Below, in pieces: positions 60,000-64,000 of a stretch of 64,000 nt of DNA. The notes beneath the pieces are model-generated. The model saw only the letters and a list, made by a program, of their open reading frames with translations. It made no database searches and was not told the origin of the DNA. Location of the stretch: the NCBI GenBank assembly GCA_964559225.1, contig CAZLGA010000003.1, forward strand, positions 2,619 through 66,618, in the 5' to 3' direction. A program made the position numbers and the translations under genes. This DNA comes from an uncultured bacterium. GTDB taxonomy: Bacteria > Hydrothermota > Tepidihabitantia > SM23-42 > JAOAFX01. Numbering within the stretch: position 1 is the first letter of the stretch; the number at the start of each line of letters is the position of its first letter.

Positions 60000-61934
60000 C
60001 TAATCTTTTATTAAGATGAACTTCCCTGTCTTTGATTCTCCTTTGTTCTGATAGACATAGAAATAAACTCCTGATTCCACTCTCATATTTGCATCATTGG
60101 TTCCGTTCCATACAACTTTCTTTGCCAGTCTATCAAAACTCCTTATCAATCTGCCGCTTGCATCATACAATCTTAAAGATGCACCCAATTCTGGAATTGA
60201 AGTAAAATCAAACTCAATCAGACCTTTTGCTGGATTCTGTAGTAGCTTTACCGCAGATTGAATCTGCTTTTCTTTTTCTACCTCTGAGATTCCTACAGGG
60301 TTATTGCCAATGGTAAGCGTGAAATTGATTCCCTGGGTGATGGTGCAGGTATCATCTTTAAATGTCAGTATCAATTTTAATGGCTTTACTGAACCAGATG
60401 TTGCATTGCGACTACACTTTACAACAAATCTGGAAGCGCTGTTATTACCGATGCTCTTCCGGTATATCTTCGGGAATGTGGCAGTACCGGTCTGGACAAC
60501 GATTTGTGTATCAAGGGAAACAAGCTGGGCAGTAATATTATATGCGGAATCAAGCGGATGGATTGCGCGATTTCTAATTCTCATCCATAAATGAGATGTC
60601 TCATTAGGGTCAAGCTGACCTGTGCTATTTCCCAAGGCAGTATCTGCAACCACAGGTTGCAGATTATCAAAGAACACACCCGCAATCTTGGTGAAATAGA
60701 TATTCACTGGTCGGCATTGATTGATATTGTTCTGGATTACTGTATAGTTATTATATCCTTCCCAAAAATCGGTTTGATTGGTCTCTATACAGTATGCATA
60801 GGTTACAAACTTCGGTACCCCGTTATGCAGAGTGTCCTTCATTTCCCATTCTATGCTTGTCCCATTCGCTGTGTATAAAACTCTGGCGACCGGTCCTGTG
60901 CGTGATGCAGGATATCCATTCTTTGCCCGCATTGAATCAAGAATCTCCCATTGTGTGACTGAATCAGGAATTGGTTCCGCACTACTTGAATATCCCCACA
61001 CACAAAGATTATACGAACCGTAAGAATGGTAATCAATCTGTGTTCTTATTTTTTTAGGCAAAAATACATCTCTTGCTATCTGGGTCTCAAGTTCAGAAAA
61101 GCGTGATGGTCCACGATAGGTCTCGCTTGTCACTAGAGGGCTCGAACCAGAATTATCATATCCCCATTTATAGCCATAATTACGGTTCAAATCCACACCA
61201 GCGGTCGTAGAACTTTGCCCAGAGTATAAATGACGACTTTTGCGATAATTCGCAGTTGCTCCACCCGAATCTGAATTATATCTATAACCATCCGGGTTCA
61301 TTACTGGCATAAAATAAATTTCACGATTGTTCACAAACCAGGTCACGAGTGAATCTGTCCCATAATTCGTTAATAGATATTTGATATAATCAATACACAG
61401 TGTCGTTCCCATTGGCTCCCGCGCATGTGTTGCGCCATTAAAACAGACTGCTGGTTCTCGTTCTTCTACAGCTGGATTATCAGAAATCTTGAAGACATAC
61501 ATATCTAAGTTCTGATATGATTTGCCCGCGCTGTAGAATCGGCTTATATTGGGGAATGAATTTGCAAGGGTCTGTAAAGTGTCCCTCATCTCCCAGTAGG
61601 TATAGAAATAGCCAAAATCCCTCAAAATTTGTGGGTCCCTTGAACCAGCCATCAGATAGAATTTTTCAGCAATATCTTCATATGTAATTACCGTCTTAAA
61701 TCCAAGTGCCTTTATCTGTTCATATTGATCTTTTGTCGTATTTATAATCAAATAATACTCACCGTCTTTTGCTTCTTGAACCGTGCAGATATCCAGCTCA
61801 CCAAAAAGCGTTCCCATCCGTGAAATCAATTCATCGGCATCTTTGAAATACACCCATACCTCCATCTTGTTCGCTGAAAAACCCAGCGAAATTAAGACTA
61901 ATATGAGACTTAAGCTTCGTATTATATAGTTCAT
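60000..61934 (-). CDS. Secreted M14 zinc carboxypeptidase with FlgD/T9SS-like CTD
   Basis: Signal peptide, HAREP (HxxE), DLNRNY, DYHSY; WNGTNDA...SGVYFY. Confidence 0.88.
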   Translation of the reverse strand: MNYIIRSLSLILVLISLGFSANKMEVWVYFKDADELISRMGTLFGELDICTVQEAKDGEYYLIINTTKDQYEQIKALGFKTVITYEDIAEKFYLMAGSRDPQILRDFGYFYTYWEMRDTLQTLANSFPNISRFYSAGKSYQNLDMYVFKISDNPAVEEREPAVCFNGATHAREPMGTTLCIDYIKYLLTNYGTDSLVTWFVNNREIYFMPVMNPDGYRYNSDSGGATANYRKSRHLYSGQSSTTAGVDLNRNYGYKWGYDNSGSSPLVTSETYRGPSRFSELETQIARDVFLPKKIRTQIDYHSYGSYNLCVWGYSSSAEPIPDSVTQWEILDSMRAKNGYPASRTGPVARVLYTANGTSIEWEMKDTLHNGVPKFVTYAYCIETNQTDFWEGYNNYTVIQNNINQCRPVNIYFTKIAGVFFDNLQPVVADTALGNSTGQLDPNETSHLWMRIRNRAIHPLDSAYNITAQLVSLDTQIVVQTGTATFPKIYRKSIGNNSASRFVVKCSRNATSGSVKPLKLILTFKDDTCTITQGINFTLTIGNNPVGISEVEKEKQIQSAVKLLQNPAKGLIEFDFTSIPELGASLRLYDASGRLIRSFDRLAKKVVWNGTNDANMRVESGVYFYVYQNKGESKTGKFILIKD

Positions 61935-61982
61935 AAACCCCCTTTGCTATTGTTATATTATAATAATAATGTAAAAAAAATC

Positions 61983-62006
61983 AAGGGGGAGAATGCTCTC
62001 CCCCTT
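61983..62006. terminator. GC-rich hairpin downstream of S8 gene, overlapping the -35 of the M14 gene
   Basis: AAGGGGGAGA-ATGC-TCTCCCCCTT with flanking A/T runs. Confidence 0.65.
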
Positions 62007-62014
62007 TTTATTTT

Positions 62015-64000
62015 TTACTTCAACAGAATGCCGCGCGTATTGTAGAATTTATCTTCAATCTGGAGACTGAAGAAATAGACACCAGATGGAACTTCCCGTC
62101 CGAGTTCATCCTCACCCGTCCATTTTGCAATATAAACACCAGGGGTCTTGGTTTCATCAACAAGTGTCCGCACAACCTGACCGATGGTATTATAAACATT
62201 AACCTTTATCTTTGATTTTTTATCAACCGTATAGAAGACATTCACTATATTCCTTGCTGGGTTAGGTGCCAGACTTATCCGTTTCATTCCCGGATCTACA
62301 TAATTTGTAAATTCCTGTATTCCAATCCAACTTCTCATCCTTGGCTGTTTGGTTGTAAATTTGATTGCCCTGCCAGCAACAAGGGGCGGTGCCCCGGTAT
62401 CATAGACCTTGTTGAAAAGATAACTCATTCCGTATTTCTTCAGTGAATCCTGCTGTCCCACAGTACAACTCGTTGGTTCTGTTACACGCCTGTATTGAAT
62501 CACAATATCATTCCTCATCCCCGGACCAGCGGTAGTGGAATCATAGATTATATACTGGAATGACTGGAACATATTTGTCAGCGTTATAAACGAATCACAC
62601 TGAATTATAAGACGCCGATTGGCCGCGTCGTTGTAATACCACCAGGTGGCGGGTGAAGTTCCATTAAGGTCATCCCAGAATGCAGCGACCATATTTGGAA
62701 CCGATGACTGAGAACCATAGTCCATCATTTTCGGAAGTATGCTATTATATTGGACAGTGCTCGTCTGCCTGCCGAATGCAATCCAACCATTTGAACAAAC
62801 AGAAATACTATCCGTAGTCGCTCCTCCAAGCCTCTTTGCATAGTGTCTGATTGTGAAGGGCGAACGAATTCTCAATGTGACATCGTTTCCACCGGCTCCA
62901 ATGCTTGTTCCAGGACCACCCTGATTTGCGTTGATGTTAATCCAGTTGTATATTGGCGCCTCGGTATAAAACGAATCGGTATTATCAATCATGAAATAAC
63001 CAAAACTATCTGGGCCACAAACCGAACCAATTCTCAATTGATAATTTAACTTTTTTGTGTATGCGCCAGAAGTAAGTTCTAATTCAAAGGGAACAAGTGT
63101 TCCCAACTGAATTAAGGTATCTGCTTGTAGAACGAATGGGTCTCCACCATTATTCCCCTTTGCTTTAGGATTGATTGTTCCGAAAGTTGCAGTTGAATCA
63201 ATAATCGTGATACGTGGACTGGTGGTTCGTAATCTGCCGGTTACATTAGTCGCCGTTGCCGTTCCTAAATTAACAATTGTATCTACCAATGTAATCCTCT
63301 CTGATGGGTCAATGAATCTGTTTGCATTGCCATTGGGTGCGGGGTCAAGGACAACCGTGCCAAATTCTGCAACGCGCAAATCAGGCAATGAACCAGTGGC
63401 AGGTGTATTATCTATCGCTCGCTTACACCTTATCCTTCCAGCACCGAACATCGTATCTTTTCCAGCAGTCCCTAAGTCAAGGGCAGTGAACTGCATAATA
63501 CTATCAATCTGGGCAACTGTGAGATTGGGGTTCTTTGATAGCAAAAGTGCGGCAAGTCCTGCACAGTGAGGTGTTGCCATTGAAGTACCACTCATTAAGG
63601 TGTAACCCGTGTTACTACTATATAAACAAGACCTTATATTAACTCCAGGGGCTGCAATATCAGGTTTCAAAATTCCAGGCCCTGGTCTGAACGGGTAGTC
63701 CCAGTACCAGGGTGCATCTTCCCAGCAAGAAGGACCACAGGAAGAAAAACTGGCAAGGGCATTTAGACTGTCGGTTGCGGCTATAGAAATTGCACCAGCA
63801 AGCCTGCCTTGCGCCTCTGCTGGATGGTGCCAGGGTGGTGGAACATCACCAGGGCATCTAAGATTATAAGGCACTGGGCAGGTGCCGCCCGCTGAACCTC
63901 TTTCATTTCCCGCAGCAATGAAATAGGGAATGCCGGCGAGTGCTACATTCGTTACAGCCTTTCTCCACATACTCCTTCTTGGTGTCCAGGCAACATACCA
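62015..64000 (-). CDS. Secreted S8 subtilase with Ig-like domains and FlgD/T9SS-like CTD (5' end outside window)
   Basis: AAGNE, KPDIAAPG, SGTSMATPH; frame open to the window edge; WTGEDELG...SGVYFF. Confidence 0.88.
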   Translation of the reverse strand, partial: WYVAWTPRRSMWRKAVTNVALAGIPYFIAAGNERGSAGGTCPVPYNLRCPGDVPPPWHHPAEAQGRLAGAISIAATDSLNALASFSSCGPSCWEDAPWYWDYPFRPGPGILKPDIAAPGVNIRSCLYSSNTGYTLMSGTSMATPHCAGLAALLLSKNPNLTVAQIDSIMQFTALDLGTAGKDTMFGAGRIRCKRAIDNTPATGSLPDLRVAEFGTVVLDPAPNGNANRFIDPSERITLVDTIVNLGTATATNVTGRLRTTSPRITIIDSTATFGTINPKAKGNNGGDPFVLQADTLIQLGTLVPFELELTSGAYTKKLNYQLRIGSVCGPDSFGYFMIDNTDSFYTEAPIYNWININANQGGPGTSIGAGGNDVTLRIRSPFTIRHYAKRLGGATTDSISVCSNGWIAFGRQTSTVQYNSILPKMMDYGSQSSVPNMVAAFWDDLNGTSPATWWYYNDAANRRLIIQCDSFITLTNMFQSFQYIIYDSTTAGPGMRNDIVIQYRRVTEPTSCTVGQQDSLKKYGMSYLFNKVYDTGAPPLVAGRAIKFTTKQPRMRSWIGIQEFTNYVDPGMKRISLAPNPARNIVNVFYTVDKKSKIKVNVYNTIGQVVRTLVDETKTPGVYIAKWTGEDELGREVPSGVYFFSLQIEDKFYNTRGILLK

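Noticed and set aside
1961-63569. Numerous antisense or overlapping ORFs in the track (e.g. 1961-2332, 4107-4499, 8351-8767, 20910-21314, 32401-32817, 54748-55434, 63171-63569)
   Set aside because: They shadow well-supported genes, lack recognisable motifs and have no RBS or promoter support
1-64000. rRNA genes, prophage or intact IS elements
   Set aside because: None recognised in the sequence

Overview
AT-rich bacterial chromosomal segment. The lineage is inferred, not shown, to be FCB-group and probably WOR-3-like, from the many signal-peptide proteins ending in a FlgD/T9SS-type C-terminal Ig domain. Housekeeping content: a lexA-dinB-dnaE2 cassette, rpsU-mutS2-dnaG-rpoD, lpdA, gmk-yicC-dtd, purN-corA, hslU, dacB, three tRNAs and tmRNA. 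Main observations: (1) two separate loci each pair a class III nucleotide-cyclase gene keeping only the metal-binding Asp pair (C1-like) with an adjacent gene keeping only the Lys/Thr/Asn/Arg residues (C2-like), mostly fused to STAND NTPase-TPR modules, which predicts obligate heterodimeric, soluble-AC-like cyclases split in trans; (2) a 10.3-kb secreted-protein island sits between the promoter and RBS of rpsU, bounded by a 12-bp direct repeat and containing a 3350-bp exact-looking internal duplication; (3) 15 sigma70-type promoters have a 16-bp spacer, many genes look leaderless, and three genes appear to start at AUA overlapping the upstream stop; (4) a candidate lineage-specific LexA box; (5) two A7-run frameshifts; (6) several unexplained structured or repeated intergenic elements. 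All domain calls come from motif recognition by eye; no database searches were run.
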